Below are positions 18,484 to 28,387 of a stretch of 54,213 nucleotides of DNA, piece by piece. Under the pieces are notes generated by a model that was given only the letters and a program-made list of their open reading frames with translations, was not told the origin of the DNA and ran no database searches. The stretch spans positions 1 to 54,213 of the forward strand of contig JASHPT010000082.1 of the NCBI GenBank assembly GCA_030037955.1, written 5' to 3'. Numbering within the stretch: position 1 is the stretch's first letter; each line of letters begins with the position of its first letter. Position numbers and translations under genes: made by a program. Source of the stretch: Thermoplasmata archaeon (lineage in GTDB: Archaea; Thermoplasmatota; Thermoplasmata; Lutacidiplasmatales; UBA184).

Positions 18484-18801
18484 ATGGTGTATATCGGTCT
18501 CAAGCCCACCATGACCTACGTCTTCCAGGTCGTGGCCCAGCTCAACTCGGGGGCGACGCCGGTGGTCGTTCGGGCCCGCGGGAACGCCATCGCCAAGGCC
18601 GTGGACGTTGTGGAGGTCGTTCGGCACCGGTTCCTGGAAGGCCAGGTGGAGATCGGCCGGATTTCGACCGACACGGAGCGCCTGACGAACCGGGAGGGCC
18701 GTGAGGCCAACGTCTCGGCGATCTCGATTCCGCTCAGCCTGGTGGCGCCGGCCCCGACGGGACGGGCGTCGGTGGCTGCATCGCTCCCCACGCCGGAGTG
18801 A
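18484..18801 (+). CDS. albA: DNA/RNA-binding protein Alba
   Basis: MVYIGLKPTMTYVFQVVAQL...VVVRARGNAIAKAVDVVEVVRHRF...VSAISIPL. The track ORF starts at 18436 with a Pro-rich extension, so the start is uncertain. Confidence 0.85.
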   Translation: MVYIGLKPTMTYVFQVVAQLNSGATPVVVRARGNAIAKAVDVVEVVRHRFLEGQVEIGRISTDTERLTNREGREANVSAISIPLSLVAPAPTGRASVAASLPTPE

Positions 18802-20548
18802 TCTGCCGCCGGTCGAGCACCCAGGTCGAGGCCCATCGGTCGCCCAAGCGCTGCCGCTCCGAGTCTCGCAGGAGCTGCGCACCCCCGACCGCCAGGGCCC
18901 CGACGAGGAAGATGATCACGATCCCGAGCAGCACGGCCGAGGTGACGGCGAGGTCGATGCCGAGGGTCGACAACGGGGCACTGGAGGAGCGTACGAGGAA
19001 CAGGACAGCCGGGCCTCCGAAGTCTCCGATCACGTAGATGACGAGCGCCTTCGGGGCTTCCCGGAGGAAGGACTGGAGCCAGCCGGGCCGCGCCAGGTTT
19101 CGGTCGGTGACTCCGAGGTGGAAGAGCGCCTTTCCGGCGGTGGCGCCGAAGAGGGTGTCGCAGACGACGAAGTACAGTGCCGCATAGCCGACGTACGCAA
19201 AGACGGCGAGGTTGAAGGGGAGTCCGCTCAGCACGACATCCGCCGAGCCCGGGAGCCGGACCGCGAGCGCCACCCAGAGCACGACCGCCGGCAGCGTCAC
19301 GAGCGAGAGGTCGACCGCCACCGCCCATGCGCGGCGGCCGGGGGCGGCGAAACGGAGCCGGCTCAGGTCCCGGCCCAGTCGAACGAACTGGCTGGCCATC
19401 GCGAGGCTCCGACGCGCCTCCGCCCGGCTCGGCGACGGGTGCGATTCGGAGGAGACCAGGTTCTGATAATCGTGGACCACGTAAGGAGCGACCGGCAGGC
19501 CGTCCCAGGCTTCCGATGGCTGGGCGGGCGGCGGGATCTGGAAGATCGAACGCACGCGGGTCGCCGCCGACTGGCTCGCGGCCACGGATTCGCGGACCGA
19601 CCCGGCAAAGTCCCCCTGATCCAGGCTCGTGACCGCCGCGCGGAGCCGGTCCTCGGCGGAGGTTGGTACCGTCCCGGCCCCCGCCACCGCCGTCCCACGG
19701 TACCGAACGGCGATCAGGAGCAGTCCGGCGCCGAGGGCCATGAGGCCGGAGAAGTAGACCAGGTCCAGGATCCCCGCGCCGCCGATCGCGAGGAGCTCTC
19801 CTCCACTCCCGACATAGAGCGGGGGTTCGCGGAGCAGGTCGGCCCCAAGTAGCGTGCCCAGGGTCGCGGTCCCGTAGCCGATTCCGAGTCCCCGGTACGC
19901 CGGGACCCGCCACACCGTCGCCGCCATCCAGGTCGCGACCAGACCGACGACCCACGGTCCGAGGAGGTAGTACGGGAAGGAGGAGAGGATGCCCTCCCCC
20001 GGTACGCTCGCCGACGTGAAGTAGGTGATGATGAGCGCGACGGACACGAGCGCGAGGAACGCTTGGGCTCGGGCGGAGCTCGCGGCCGGAATCGCCTTCG
20101 GCCAGAAGAGGACCGCGCCGAGGACGACCGCCCCGGCGATCGCCGGCACCAGGATGAGACTCCAAAATCCGGACGTCAGGACGACCGCCGCGAACTGGGC
20201 GCTGCACTCGATGGCGAGTACGAGGAACACGAACGCGGTGAGGCCCCACCTGGTTCCGCCGAGTTCGCGATGCAGGAGCACGATCGACAGCACGATCGGA
20301 ATGAGCGCGCCGCCGACGTTGATGGCCAGCACGTCGCCGGCCCAGCCCAGGAACGGAGCGTCGGCGACCGAGCTCAGGAAGGCCCCCGGGAGAAGTAGCC
20401 AGAACGTCATCCGGCCAAATCCACTGGCCCGAGCTTCCGCCGGGCGCAGCCAGGCCCAGAGGAACAGAGCGACCCAGAGCAGCGGGGTGAGTACGAGGCT
20501 GCCGATGCCCCCGATCACATCATTGGTCAGCACCCAGGGGTCGACCAT
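18734..20548 (-). CDS. polytopic membrane protein, DUF1614-like N-terminal half fused to an RDD domain
   Basis: N-terminal LAINVGGALIPIVLSIVLL resembles the DUF1614 signature. The C-terminal half has an RDD-like module (RRAWAVAVDLSLV...YFVVCDTLFGATAGKALFHLGVTD). Confidence 0.7.
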   Translation of the reverse strand: MVDPWVLTNDVIGGIGSLVLTPLLWVALFLWAWLRPAEARASGFGRMTFWLLLPGAFLSSVADAPFLGWAGDVLAINVGGALIPIVLSIVLLHRELGGTRWGLTAFVFLVLAIECSAQFAAVVLTSGFWSLILVPAIAGAVVLGAVLFWPKAIPAASSARAQAFLALVSVALIITYFTSASVPGEGILSSFPYYLLGPWVVGLVATWMAATVWRVPAYRGLGIGYGTATLGTLLGADLLREPPLYVGSGGELLAIGGAGILDLVYFSGLMALGAGLLLIAVRYRGTAVAGAGTVPTSAEDRLRAAVTSLDQGDFAGSVRESVAASQSAATRVRSIFQIPPPAQPSEAWDGLPVAPYVVHDYQNLVSSESHPSPSRAEARRSLAMASQFVRLGRDLSRLRFAAPGRRAWAVAVDLSLVTLPAVVLWVALAVRLPGSADVVLSGLPFNLAVFAYVGYAALYFVVCDTLFGATAGKALFHLGVTDRNLARPGWLQSFLREAPKALVIYVIGDFGGPAVLFLVRSSSAPLSTLGIDLAVTSAVLLGIVIIFLVGALAVGGAQLLRDSERQRLGDRWASTWVLDRRQITPAWGAMQPPTPVPSGPAPPG

Positions 20549-20703
20549 CTGACCTGTTCCGGGAGTCGCCGACGGGACGACCCGTCGGGTGGTGAGATAT
20601 CACCTCCTCACCGGGCTAAACGCTTTTGGTACCCCGCGCCGGCGACGTACCCCATACCGGGCCCCGCCCAAACGTTTTTGCCGCGTTCCCCGTCGCAGCG
20701 GCG

Positions 20704-22104
20704 ATGAGTCCGACGCGGACGGAGCAGGACTCGCTCGGGAAGCGAGAGGTGCCCGCCGAGGCCTATTACGGCATCCAGACGCTCCGCGCTGTCGAGAACT
20801 TCCCGGTGAGCGGTCTGCGGGCCTCACCGCACCTCATCCGGTCCTACGCACTTCTCAAGCTGGCCTGTGCCGAGACCAACGTCAGCCTGGGCGCCCTAGA
20901 CGCGGACCGCGGCCGGGCCCTCGAGCAGGCCGCCCGGGAGGTGGCCGAGGGAAGGTTCCAGGACCAATTCGTGGTCGACGTCTTCCAGGCGGGGGCCGGC
21001 ACCTCGTTCCACATGAACGTGAACGAGGTCTTGGCGAACCGGGCGCTCGAGCTGCTCGGCAAGCCCCGTGGCGACTACGCCTCGATGAATCCGAACGACC
21101 ACGTGAACTTCGGTCAGTCGACCAACGACACATTTCCCTCGGCCGCCCAGGTCGCGACCCTCTTCGCGCTCGCCGAGGTCCGCGCCGGGGTCCAGGTACT
21201 GAGCGCCGCGTTCCGTCAGAAATCGGAGGAGTTCCGGACCAGCGCCAAGTCCGGCCGAACCCATCTCAAGGATGCGATGCCGGTGACTCTGGGCGCCGAG
21301 TTCCGGGCCTACGCCACCGTGCTCGACCGGATCCTCGAGACGCTGCCCGGCGTGGAGTCCGCCCTCGCCGAGATTCCGTTGGGCGGGAATGCGGTCGGCA
21401 CCGGGGTGAACACCAAACCCGGGTTCCGGGCCGAGGCGGTGCGTCGCTATGCCGAGCACACCCACCTGGGGCTCCGGGTGGCACGCGACCCGTTCGAGAC
21501 CATGCAGAGCCGTTGGCCCCTCGGAGCCGCCGCCGGCTGGCTCAAGACCCTCGCCCTCGAGCTCATCCGGATCGCCAACGACCTCCGCCTTCTCTCGAGT
21601 GGTCCGGCGACCGGCCTGGACGAGATCCGCCTGCCCGAGATCCAACCCGGTTCCTCGATCATGCCCGGGAAGGTCAACCCCTCCGCCGCCGAGTGTCTGG
21701 ACCAGATCGCGTTCCGCGTGGTGGCCTCGGAGCTCGCCACCGCCCTCTCGGTTCAGGCCGGCCAGCTCGAGATCAATGTGATGATGCCGCTCGCGGCCTA
21801 CGAGGTCCTCTTCTCGTCGCACATCCTGGCCCAGTACCTTCCGGTGTTCAGTCGAACCTGCGTCGAGGGGATCACGGCGAATCGGGAGAACTTGGAGCGC
21901 TACCTGGTCTCCTCGTCGGCGCTGCTGACCGTACTGACGCCCCGATTCGGCTACCTCAAGGTCGCGGAACTCGTGCACGAGTCGGCGCGCACCGGCCGGC
22001 CGGTACGGGAGCTCCTGGTCGCTCACCAGCTCGCGACGCCGGCGGAAGCGGAGGCCCTGCTGAGCCCGGTGGCATTGGCGAAGCTCGCCCAGCCCGTGGA
22101 ATAG
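20704..22104 (+). CDS. aspA: class II lyase, aspartate ammonia-lyase-like (fumarase/aspartase family)
   Basis: In-frame ATG (MSPTRTEQDSLG). FQAGAGTSFHMNVNEVLANRA, NFGQSTNDTFPSA, signature GSSIMPGKVNPS. Confidence 0.85.
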   Translation: MSPTRTEQDSLGKREVPAEAYYGIQTLRAVENFPVSGLRASPHLIRSYALLKLACAETNVSLGALDADRGRALEQAAREVAEGRFQDQFVVDVFQAGAGTSFHMNVNEVLANRALELLGKPRGDYASMNPNDHVNFGQSTNDTFPSAAQVATLFALAEVRAGVQVLSAAFRQKSEEFRTSAKSGRTHLKDAMPVTLGAEFRAYATVLDRILETLPGVESALAEIPLGGNAVGTGVNTKPGFRAEAVRRYAEHTHLGLRVARDPFETMQSRWPLGAAAGWLKTLALELIRIANDLRLLSSGPATGLDEIRLPEIQPGSSIMPGKVNPSAAECLDQIAFRVVASELATALSVQAGQLEINVMMPLAAYEVLFSSHILAQYLPVFSRTCVEGITANRENLERYLVSSSALLTVLTPRFGYLKVAELVHESARTGRPVRELLVAHQLATPAEAEALLSPVALAKLAQPVE

Positions 22105-22155
22105 GCTCCGCGGCCGCGAAGGTTAATGAGCCCCCGTTTCCGTGCTCCGCCCCTC

Positions 22156-22908
22156 ATGGCCACGGTCGAGGAGATGGCGGTCTCGCTCGGCGCAGAGTTC
22201 AGCCAAGAGTACCGCCGAGCGGTAGCGGTCCTGGGCCAGGTCGGGCTCACCGACTACGAGGCGCGGGCCTACATCGCGCTGGTCGCCCGGGGGATCGGAG
22301 ACGCGGCGGCGATCGCGCAGGCCGCCGGAATTCCGAGAACGTCGGCCTACAAGGTGCTCGAGTCGTTGGCACAGAAGAACTACGCGCAGCCTGCCGGCGG
22401 GAAGCCGCTGCTGTTCAAGCCGCGCCGGCCGATCGAGGTCGCGGAGTCGCTCAAAGGGTCGATCCAGGAGGTCTTCGAGAAGCTGGAGGCCCTCCACGAC
22501 ATCGCGGCCGAGCACGGCGAGCCCCAGCTCGTCTATCTTCTGAACGGCCGCGAGAAGGTCATCGGGAAGATCGCCGAGCTGCTCGACCAGTCGACGACCT
22601 CCTTCATCCTGACGACGCCCCAGGTCGCGGACCTCCGGGACGAGCTCGGCAAGAAGTTCGCCCACGCCGTGAAGCGTGGGGTGGAGGTCACCTTCGTGAC
22701 GGCTCCCCTGCAGAAGATCCCCGAAGGCGTCCGGGTCATCCCCCGGAACAACCTCCTGGCAACGGAGGTCCTGGCCGACAACCAGCATGCGCTGCTCGCG
22801 GGTCCGAGTCTGGAGGCCGCCGGCTTCACCGACAACCCGATCCTGACGGCCCATCTGCAGCAATTCCTCGAGATCATCCTCGACCGGGGTCCCGAGAACA
22901 AGCCGTAG
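22156..22908 (+). CDS. TrmB family transcriptional regulator
   Basis: LGQVGLTDYEARAYIALVARGIGDAAAIAQAAGIPRTSAYKVLESLAQKNY. The track start at 22126 sits inside a TATA-like GGTTAATG, so the ATG at 22156 is preferred. Confidence 0.75.
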   Translation: MATVEEMAVSLGAEFSQEYRRAVAVLGQVGLTDYEARAYIALVARGIGDAAAIAQAAGIPRTSAYKVLESLAQKNYAQPAGGKPLLFKPRRPIEVAESLKGSIQEVFEKLEALHDIAAEHGEPQLVYLLNGREKVIGKIAELLDQSTTSFILTTPQVADLRDELGKKFAHAVKRGVEVTFVTAPLQKIPEGVRVIPRNNLLATEVLADNQHALLAGPSLEAAGFTDNPILTAHLQQFLEIILDRGPENKP

Positions 22909-22928
22909 GGCCGCCGGAGGGCGTCTCG

Positions 22929-23798
22929 GTGCGGGCCGCACACGTCCCGCCTGCGGAGCGGGTCCGGGACCGGCTTAGGTCCGTCCTCGACCCCTCCGAC
23001 GTGGCGAAGCTCCCGGACCGGTACCAGCGGCTCGGCCGCGTGCTGATCCTGCGTTTGCCCGAGGAGCTGCGGCCGGCGTTTGCCGCCATCGGCGCCGCGT
23101 GGTGCGCCGAACTCGGCGTCGCCGCGGTGCTGCGCCGGGCCGGATCGGCGAGGGGCGAGCTACGGATTCCGGAGCTCGAGCTCATCGCGGGCGACGACGC
23201 GCGGACCGAGGTCGTCGAGCACGGCATCCGGTACCGGTTCGATGCGGCGCGGGTCCTGTTCGCCCGCGGGAACAAGACCGAGCGTCACCGGATCGGGGCC
23301 GCCGTCCGGCCTGGAGAGACGGTGGCGGACCTGTTCGCCGGGATCGGTTACTTTGCCCTGCCAGCCGCCGTCACCGGACGGGCCGACCGGGTGTGGGCCG
23401 TCGAGAAGAACCCGGAGTCGTTCCGCTACCTCGAGGAGAACGTTCGGCGAAACGGGGTCGAAGACCGCGTCCGCTGCCTCCGCGGGGACAATCGCGAGGC
23501 CGAGCTGCCGACCGGGGCCTGTGACCGCGTGGTGCTCGGGTATCTCCCGAGCTCGGTGCCCTGGGTCGGCCGTGCCGCGTCCCTGCTGCGGCCCTCGGGC
23601 GGCGCCTTGCACGTGCACCTCGTGGTCGGGCATCGAGAGGGGGCGGCAGACGCCGAAGGGACGGTTCGGGATGCGGTCGAGCGCGCTGGGGCCACGGTCG
23701 TTCGTGCGACGGGCCGGACGGTGAAGTCCTACGGCCCCGGCCGGGACCATGTCGTGGTCGACGTTCTCGCTCGGCCGGGGACCGGTCGTCGGGACTAG
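22929..23798 (+). CDS. trm5: tRNA (guanine37-N1)-methyltransferase Trm5/Taw22 (Met-10+ like)
   Basis: C-terminal 289 aa of the spurious 1069-aa track ORF. ETVADLFAGIGYFALPAA is the SAM motif, followed by VWAVEKNP. GTG start assumed. Confidence 0.75.
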   Translation: MRAAHVPPAERVRDRLRSVLDPSDVAKLPDRYQRLGRVLILRLPEELRPAFAAIGAAWCAELGVAAVLRRAGSARGELRIPELELIAGDDARTEVVEHGIRYRFDAARVLFARGNKTERHRIGAAVRPGETVADLFAGIGYFALPAAVTGRADRVWAVEKNPESFRYLEENVRRNGVEDRVRCLRGDNREAELPTGACDRVVLGYLPSSVPWVGRAASLLRPSGGALHVHLVVGHREGAADAEGTVRDAVERAGATVVRATGRTVKSYGPGRDHVVVDVLARPGTGRRD

Positions 23799-24943
23799 GC
23801 CGTTGCGCCCGGCCCGGCCGCCGCCACGGTGACCGCGGTCTTCTGCAGCTTGGCCAGGGCGGCGGGGAACGCCTGCGCGAACCGTTCGATGTCGGCGGGC
23901 GGGTTCGAGAAGGAGACGCGTACGAACCGGCCCCCGTACTTGGGCGACAGATAGTTGCCGGCGCGAACGAAGACGCCGTGAGTCAGCAGCAGCTCCTTCT
24001 GAAGGTCCGGTGGCGATACTCCGGTGGCCGAGATGTCGATCACGAACATGTTGGCCTGGGAGGGAAAGACCGGCAGGTGGAGGTCCGGGATCGCTTCGAC
24101 GACGGCCCGGATCCGATCCTGATTGGCCCGGGTCTGGGCTCGGACGGCGGGGAACCACTGCGACTTGGTCGCGAGCCCGGCCGCGGCCGCGACCTGGGCC
24201 AGCACGTTGACGCCGAGGTCGTTGGTGTTGTACTTGAGCGCCTGCTGGATGAGGTCCTCGGGGCCGACCATCCCGCCCAGGCGGAGCCCGGCGAGGCCGC
24301 AGTTCTTCGAAACGGACCAGGCCGTGAGGGTGCGCTCGGGATAGAAGCCGCAGGCGAGCGTGTGGCGGTCGGCGAAGTCACGATAGGTGACGTCGTGGAG
24401 CAGGATCAGCCGGCGGTCCTTCGCGACCTCCGCGATGGCACGGACCTCGTCGGGAGCGTAGCCCGACCCGAGCGGATTGAGGGGGTCGATGAGCAGGATC
24501 ATCCGGGTCTGGGGCGTGACGACCTCGTTGAGACGCTCGGCCGTCAGCTTGTACGGGGGAGCGTAGATGTCGAGCTCCCGGACCGACCCGCCGGCGAGCT
24601 GGATGAACTTGTGAATGATGAGGTAGCTCGGGTCCGAGGCCAGGACCACGTCGCCAGGCCGGATGAGCGCTCGCAGCGCCATGTAGAGCGCCTCGGTAGC
24701 CCCGGCGGAGATGATCGTCGGGGTCGTTGCCGGCAGACCCAGGTCGCCGAGGACGGTCTCCTTCAGTCCGATCTGGCCCGGGGCATACGGGTATCCTTCG
24801 TAGAGGCGATCCCGGATCGCCGCGAGCAGGGCCGGCTGAACCACCTCGGGCGGCACGAGGTGGTTGGTGTTCTGGCTCAGCCAGGCGACCTGGGTCCGAC
24901 GCTCGTGGGCGTAGCGGAAGGCGTCGAACGGAACCTCGGTCAT
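23795..24943 (-). CDS. PLP-dependent aminotransferase, class I/II
   Basis: 382 aa with a fold-type I pattern (SAGATEALYMALRAL, DPSYLI, SVSKNCGLAGLRLG with the PLP lysine). Shares a CTAG stop with convergent trm5. Confidence 0.85.
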   Translation of the reverse strand: MTEVPFDAFRYAHERRTQVAWLSQNTNHLVPPEVVQPALLAAIRDRLYEGYPYAPGQIGLKETVLGDLGLPATTPTIISAGATEALYMALRALIRPGDVVLASDPSYLIIHKFIQLAGGSVRELDIYAPPYKLTAERLNEVVTPQTRMILLIDPLNPLGSGYAPDEVRAIAEVAKDRRLILLHDVTYRDFADRHTLACGFYPERTLTAWSVSKNCGLAGLRLGGMVGPEDLIQQALKYNTNDLGVNVLAQVAAAAGLATKSQWFPAVRAQTRANQDRIRAVVEAIPDLHLPVFPSQANMFVIDISATGVSPPDLQKELLLTHGVFVRAGNYLSPKYGGRFVRVSFSNPPADIERFAQAFPAALAKLQKTAVTVAAAGPGATA

Positions 24944-24997
24944 ACTGGCGCCGGGCTCCCGATGCTCCGGCCGCCATAATCCCTGCGGGCCCTCGGG

Positions 24998-25795
24998 TCA
25001 GCCGGCGCCGGCGAGGTAGCTCGTGACGATGCCCATCGACTGGGGCCGGGCCTCGACCCGGGCGAAGCCGGCGGAGCGCAGGAGGTCGAGCATCTCGGCC
25101 CGGGAGGGGAGCGAGCGGAGCGAGTTCGGCAGGTAGCGGTACGGACCGGCACTGTGCACCGCGGCCCCGAGCCAGGGCACTACGTGGTCGAAGTACGAGT
25201 GGAACAGGCGGCCGACGAGCGGCGAGCTCGGTTCGGTGATCTCCAACGTCAGCACGCTCCCGCGGGGGCGGAGCACGCGATGGAACTCCCGAAAGACCCC
25301 GGGAAGATCTACCAGATTTCTCGCGACGAAGGCGGACAGGATCACGTCGACCGAGGCGGAGGCGAGCGGCAATCGTCGCGCGTTCGCCCGAAGGTACCCT
25401 ACTCGGGGCGCCGCAGTCTCCGGACGGGTTCGATGGTCGGCGATCCGGAGCATGGCCTCCGTGAAGTCCGCGCCGAGGACGGTGGCACGGGGGAAGTACC
25501 GCGCGGAGAGCCGCGTGAGGTCGCCGGTGCCGCAGCCCACGTCCAGGACGCGGGCCACCGGCGGGTCCTCCCGACGGAATCGCGAGAGGTCCCAGAGCGC
25601 GCGGGGTCGCCACAGGTAATCGTTCCCGAGGGAGGCCGCGTGGTCGAACCAGTCGTAGCGCCGGACGATGTGGGTGAACATCGCCTGCACGTCGCGTTCG
25701 AAGGTCGCCGACGTGCGGTCCGGGTAGGGCGAGCCGTCGGCCGCGTGTCGCTCCGCCGACGGGGCATCTGCCGGCGTGTTCCCGGCACTCGGCAC
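24998..25795 (-). CDS. ubiE: UbiE/MenG-family SAM-dependent quinone C-methyltransferase
   Basis: VQAMFTHIVRRYDWFDHAASLGNDYLWR is a UbiE N-terminal signature. VLDVGCGTGDL is SAM motif I. Confidence 0.8.
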   Translation of the reverse strand: MPSAGNTPADAPSAERHAADGSPYPDRTSATFERDVQAMFTHIVRRYDWFDHAASLGNDYLWRPRALWDLSRFRREDPPVARVLDVGCGTGDLTRLSARYFPRATVLGADFTEAMLRIADHRTRPETAAPRVGYLRANARRLPLASASVDVILSAFVARNLVDLPGVFREFHRVLRPRGSVLTLEITEPSSPLVGRLFHSYFDHVVPWLGAAVHSAGPYRYLPNSLRSLPSRAEMLDLLRSAGFARVEARPQSMGIVTSYLAGAG

Positions 25796-25817
25796 GCGCG
25801 GGCCAGTCGGGACGGGC

Positions 25818-28244
25818 TTAACTCGCCAGCGCCCGCTCGACCTGTTCCCGCAGGGGTGTCAGGTCCGACCGGAGGGTCACGAGACCGTCGTTCATCGCGG
25901 ATTGGAGGTGTCCCCGGGCCTCCTCCAGTTCTCCGCGTTCCACCGCGAGGGAAGCGAGCCGGAGCTTCATCTCCACGGCGTCGGGCTTGAGCTTGAGCTC
26001 CTCCGCCTTCTGGAGCGCGGCTTCGTACCGCTCCCGGGCCTCGTCGAAGCGACGGCCGGTCTGGGCGAGGATCCCTTCGATCATCGTGATCTGCTCGTCC
26101 GCGAGCTGGTCGCCGAGCGGCTCCAACAGGTGACGCGCTCGCGCGATGGCGGCCCGTCCCCGGTCGACTTGGCCGACCTCGGCCCGGAGCTGGGCCTCGT
26201 TGAGCGCGCAGTATCCCATCCAGACCCGCGAGCCGGACCGTTCGGCCGCTTCCCCGGCGAGCGAGATGTCGCGGATCGCCTCCTCCATGCGCTGAACGCT
26301 CTCGAACACCAGGGACCGATTCATGTAGACCCGGGCGAGGGCGGCGTAGTCCTTCGACTGGGCGAAGACCGACCCGGCCTCGTCGTACAGGTGCAGCGCC
26401 TCCTCGGTACGACCGGGTCCCATCCGGACCAGCGTGTTCGCGAGGTCGATGAGCGAGTGCCCGCGTTCCGACGCGTCCCCCTCCTTCTCGGCCAGCTGGA
26501 CCTCCTCGCGGTTGTGCCGCTCCGCGTCGTCAAAGTCTCCGAGACGCATGCTCGCGGCTCCGAGCACGCGGTGGGACACGAGGATGCCCCGCTGGTTCCC
26601 GCGTCGCTGGAAGATCCCGAAAGCCTCCTGAGCGAGCCCGCGCGCCTCCGCGTTGAGCCCCTTGTTCTGGAGGTCCCGGGCGAGCCAGAGCAGCGCCAGG
26701 CCGAGGTCCGGCTCCCGGGACGGGTCCGTCCGGGCCCGAGCCACGGCGTCCCGCAGCACCTCTTCGGACCGATGGAGGTCGCCGAACTCGTCGAGGATCC
26801 GGCCGAGCTCGATCATGAGCCGAAGCTCGGTCGCCGGGTCCCGGTGCGGCAGACGACGGGCGCATTCGAGCGCCCGCTGCAGATGGACGATCGCGGCATC
26901 GTAGGCGTAGGCGGCGGTCGCGAGCTGCGCCGCTCGGCGGTTGTAATCGAGCGCCTTCGTCTCGTCATGGGCCAGGTAGAACTGTCGGGCCAACTCGAAG
27001 ACGGCGCCTCCCGGCGCCCGGGCGCCCTGCTCGATCGCAAGGGCGGCCTTTCGATGCAGGATGCGTCGGCGGGTCTCGGTGAGGCCGGCGTACGCCTCCG
27101 CACGAACGGCCTCGCGAACGAACTCGTAGACCTCGCCCCCGATCTCGCGGAGCAGTCCTCCCCGGACCAGTCGGTCGAGGGCCTCGGCGAGCTGTTCCTC
27201 GTCCACGCCGGCGGCGGCGAGCAGCGTCGGGAAGTCGAACTCCTTCCCGAGAACGGCTCCGTAGACCAGCACGCGTCGGTCCGCCTCGCTCAACGACCGG
27301 ACGCGGTCGCGGAGAACATCCTCCAGGTCGCGGATGCCGGCCTCGGGTCGCGGCACCGGCGGCGCCGGGCCGATCCCCATCGACCCGCGCACGAGTTGCT
27401 CGACGAAGAGGGGATTTCCCTCGGTCTGAGTGAACCAGCGAACGATGGCCTCTCGGCTGGCCTCGTGGCCTCCCATGAGCCATCGAACGTAGTCCGGTAG
27501 CTCGTTCTCCGCGAGAGGTCGCACGGAGATCCGAGCCACGCCCGGCGTCTCCGACAGGGCGCTCAGGAAGGCGGCCGTTCGAGTCGGGGCCTCGCTCTCG
27601 GGCATCGTCGTCGCCAGCACGAGGATGCGACGGTCGGCCAGAGCCCGGACGAACTCCCGGAGGAACTGGAAGCTCGAGTCGTCCGCGAACTGAACGTCGT
27701 CGATCGCGATCAGGAGCGGGGCCCGCGCCGAGAGCTCGGTGAGGAAGGTGGTGACCCGGTCGTGGAGCTCAAGACGGCTCTCCTCGATCCGCTCGGCCGG
27801 GCCGGCCATGAGGTCGAGGAGCCGGTCCTCGGAGTCCGCACCCACCCGGGCGTCGTAGAAGGCGGTGGGCCCGGCCGGCCGCAGGAGGAGGTCCTCCTTC
27901 ACCGGCGCGAGCAGCAGAGGGAGCCCGGCGGTCGTCTCCTCGGGCGGCTGCAGCGCCGGGGGGGAGTTGCGGAGCGAGCGAATGAGCTCCTGCACCAGCC
28001 CGAACGGCTGGGGCGGGTCGACCGGGAGCGCGACCCCTTCGAGCACCTGGAACCCCCGTTCGCGCGCGTCGTGGACGAGGGTCCGGAGGAGGGTCGACTT
28101 GCCGACGCCACCCTCTCCGACCAGGAGCACGCAGCCGCCGGAGCCTCCCTTGGCTTGCTCCAGGTGGTGAAGGGCTGCCTCTCGGATCTCCGCGCGGCCA
28201 AAGAGGGGCTTGGCCTGGCCGGAGGCCGACGCTCGAGTCGCCAT
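25818..28244 (-). CDS. STAND/AAA_16-type ATPase with long C-terminal TPR array
   Basis: Walker A LLVGEGGVGKSTL near the N-terminus, Walker B LLIAIDDVQFAD, then about 450 aa of TPR-like repeats (YAYDAAIVHLQRAL..., LGDFDDAERH..., YAALARVYMNRS...). Confidence 0.8.
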   Translation of the reverse strand: MATRASASGQAKPLFGRAEIREAALHHLEQAKGGSGGCVLLVGEGGVGKSTLLRTLVHDARERGFQVLEGVALPVDPPQPFGLVQELIRSLRNSPPALQPPEETTAGLPLLLAPVKEDLLLRPAGPTAFYDARVGADSEDRLLDLMAGPAERIEESRLELHDRVTTFLTELSARAPLLIAIDDVQFADDSSFQFLREFVRALADRRILVLATTMPESEAPTRTAAFLSALSETPGVARISVRPLAENELPDYVRWLMGGHEASREAIVRWFTQTEGNPLFVEQLVRGSMGIGPAPPVPRPEAGIRDLEDVLRDRVRSLSEADRRVLVYGAVLGKEFDFPTLLAAAGVDEEQLAEALDRLVRGGLLREIGGEVYEFVREAVRAEAYAGLTETRRRILHRKAALAIEQGARAPGGAVFELARQFYLAHDETKALDYNRRAAQLATAAYAYDAAIVHLQRALECARRLPHRDPATELRLMIELGRILDEFGDLHRSEEVLRDAVARARTDPSREPDLGLALLWLARDLQNKGLNAEARGLAQEAFGIFQRRGNQRGILVSHRVLGAASMRLGDFDDAERHNREEVQLAEKEGDASERGHSLIDLANTLVRMGPGRTEEALHLYDEAGSVFAQSKDYAALARVYMNRSLVFESVQRMEEAIRDISLAGEAAERSGSRVWMGYCALNEAQLRAEVGQVDRGRAAIARARHLLEPLGDQLADEQITMIEGILAQTGRRFDEARERYEAALQKAEELKLKPDAVEMKLRLASLAVERGELEEARGHLQSAMNDGLVTLRSDLTPLREQVERALAS

Positions 28245-28387
28245 CCCGGATCCCGACCTGTACTATCCGACTTCTCCACTATAAGCGGGAGGTCGAGCGC
28301 CGCCGCCGGCGGAGGGCGCCTTCCGGTTCGGCCGTCCGGACCGCCCCAAACCCTTATGGACCGGACGAGGGCTCGGCCGCCGCCCTC

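Noticed and set aside
18516-20249. 577-aa minus-strand ORF, and similar ORFs 7796..8974, 47365..48465, 34361..35677 and 40279..41226
   Set aside because: All are alternative frames of genes with strong family signatures, and all have Arg/Pro/Gly-dominated composition.
20589-22928. N-terminal ~780 codons of the 1069-aa plus-strand ORF
   Set aside because: It runs out of frame through the aspA-like and TrmB genes and is Arg/Pro/Gly-rich. Only the last 289 codons (Trm5) look real.
25776-27500. 574-aa plus-strand ORF
   Set aside because: It is antisense to the STAND/TPR ATPase, which has clear Walker motifs. The ORF itself has no recognisable features.
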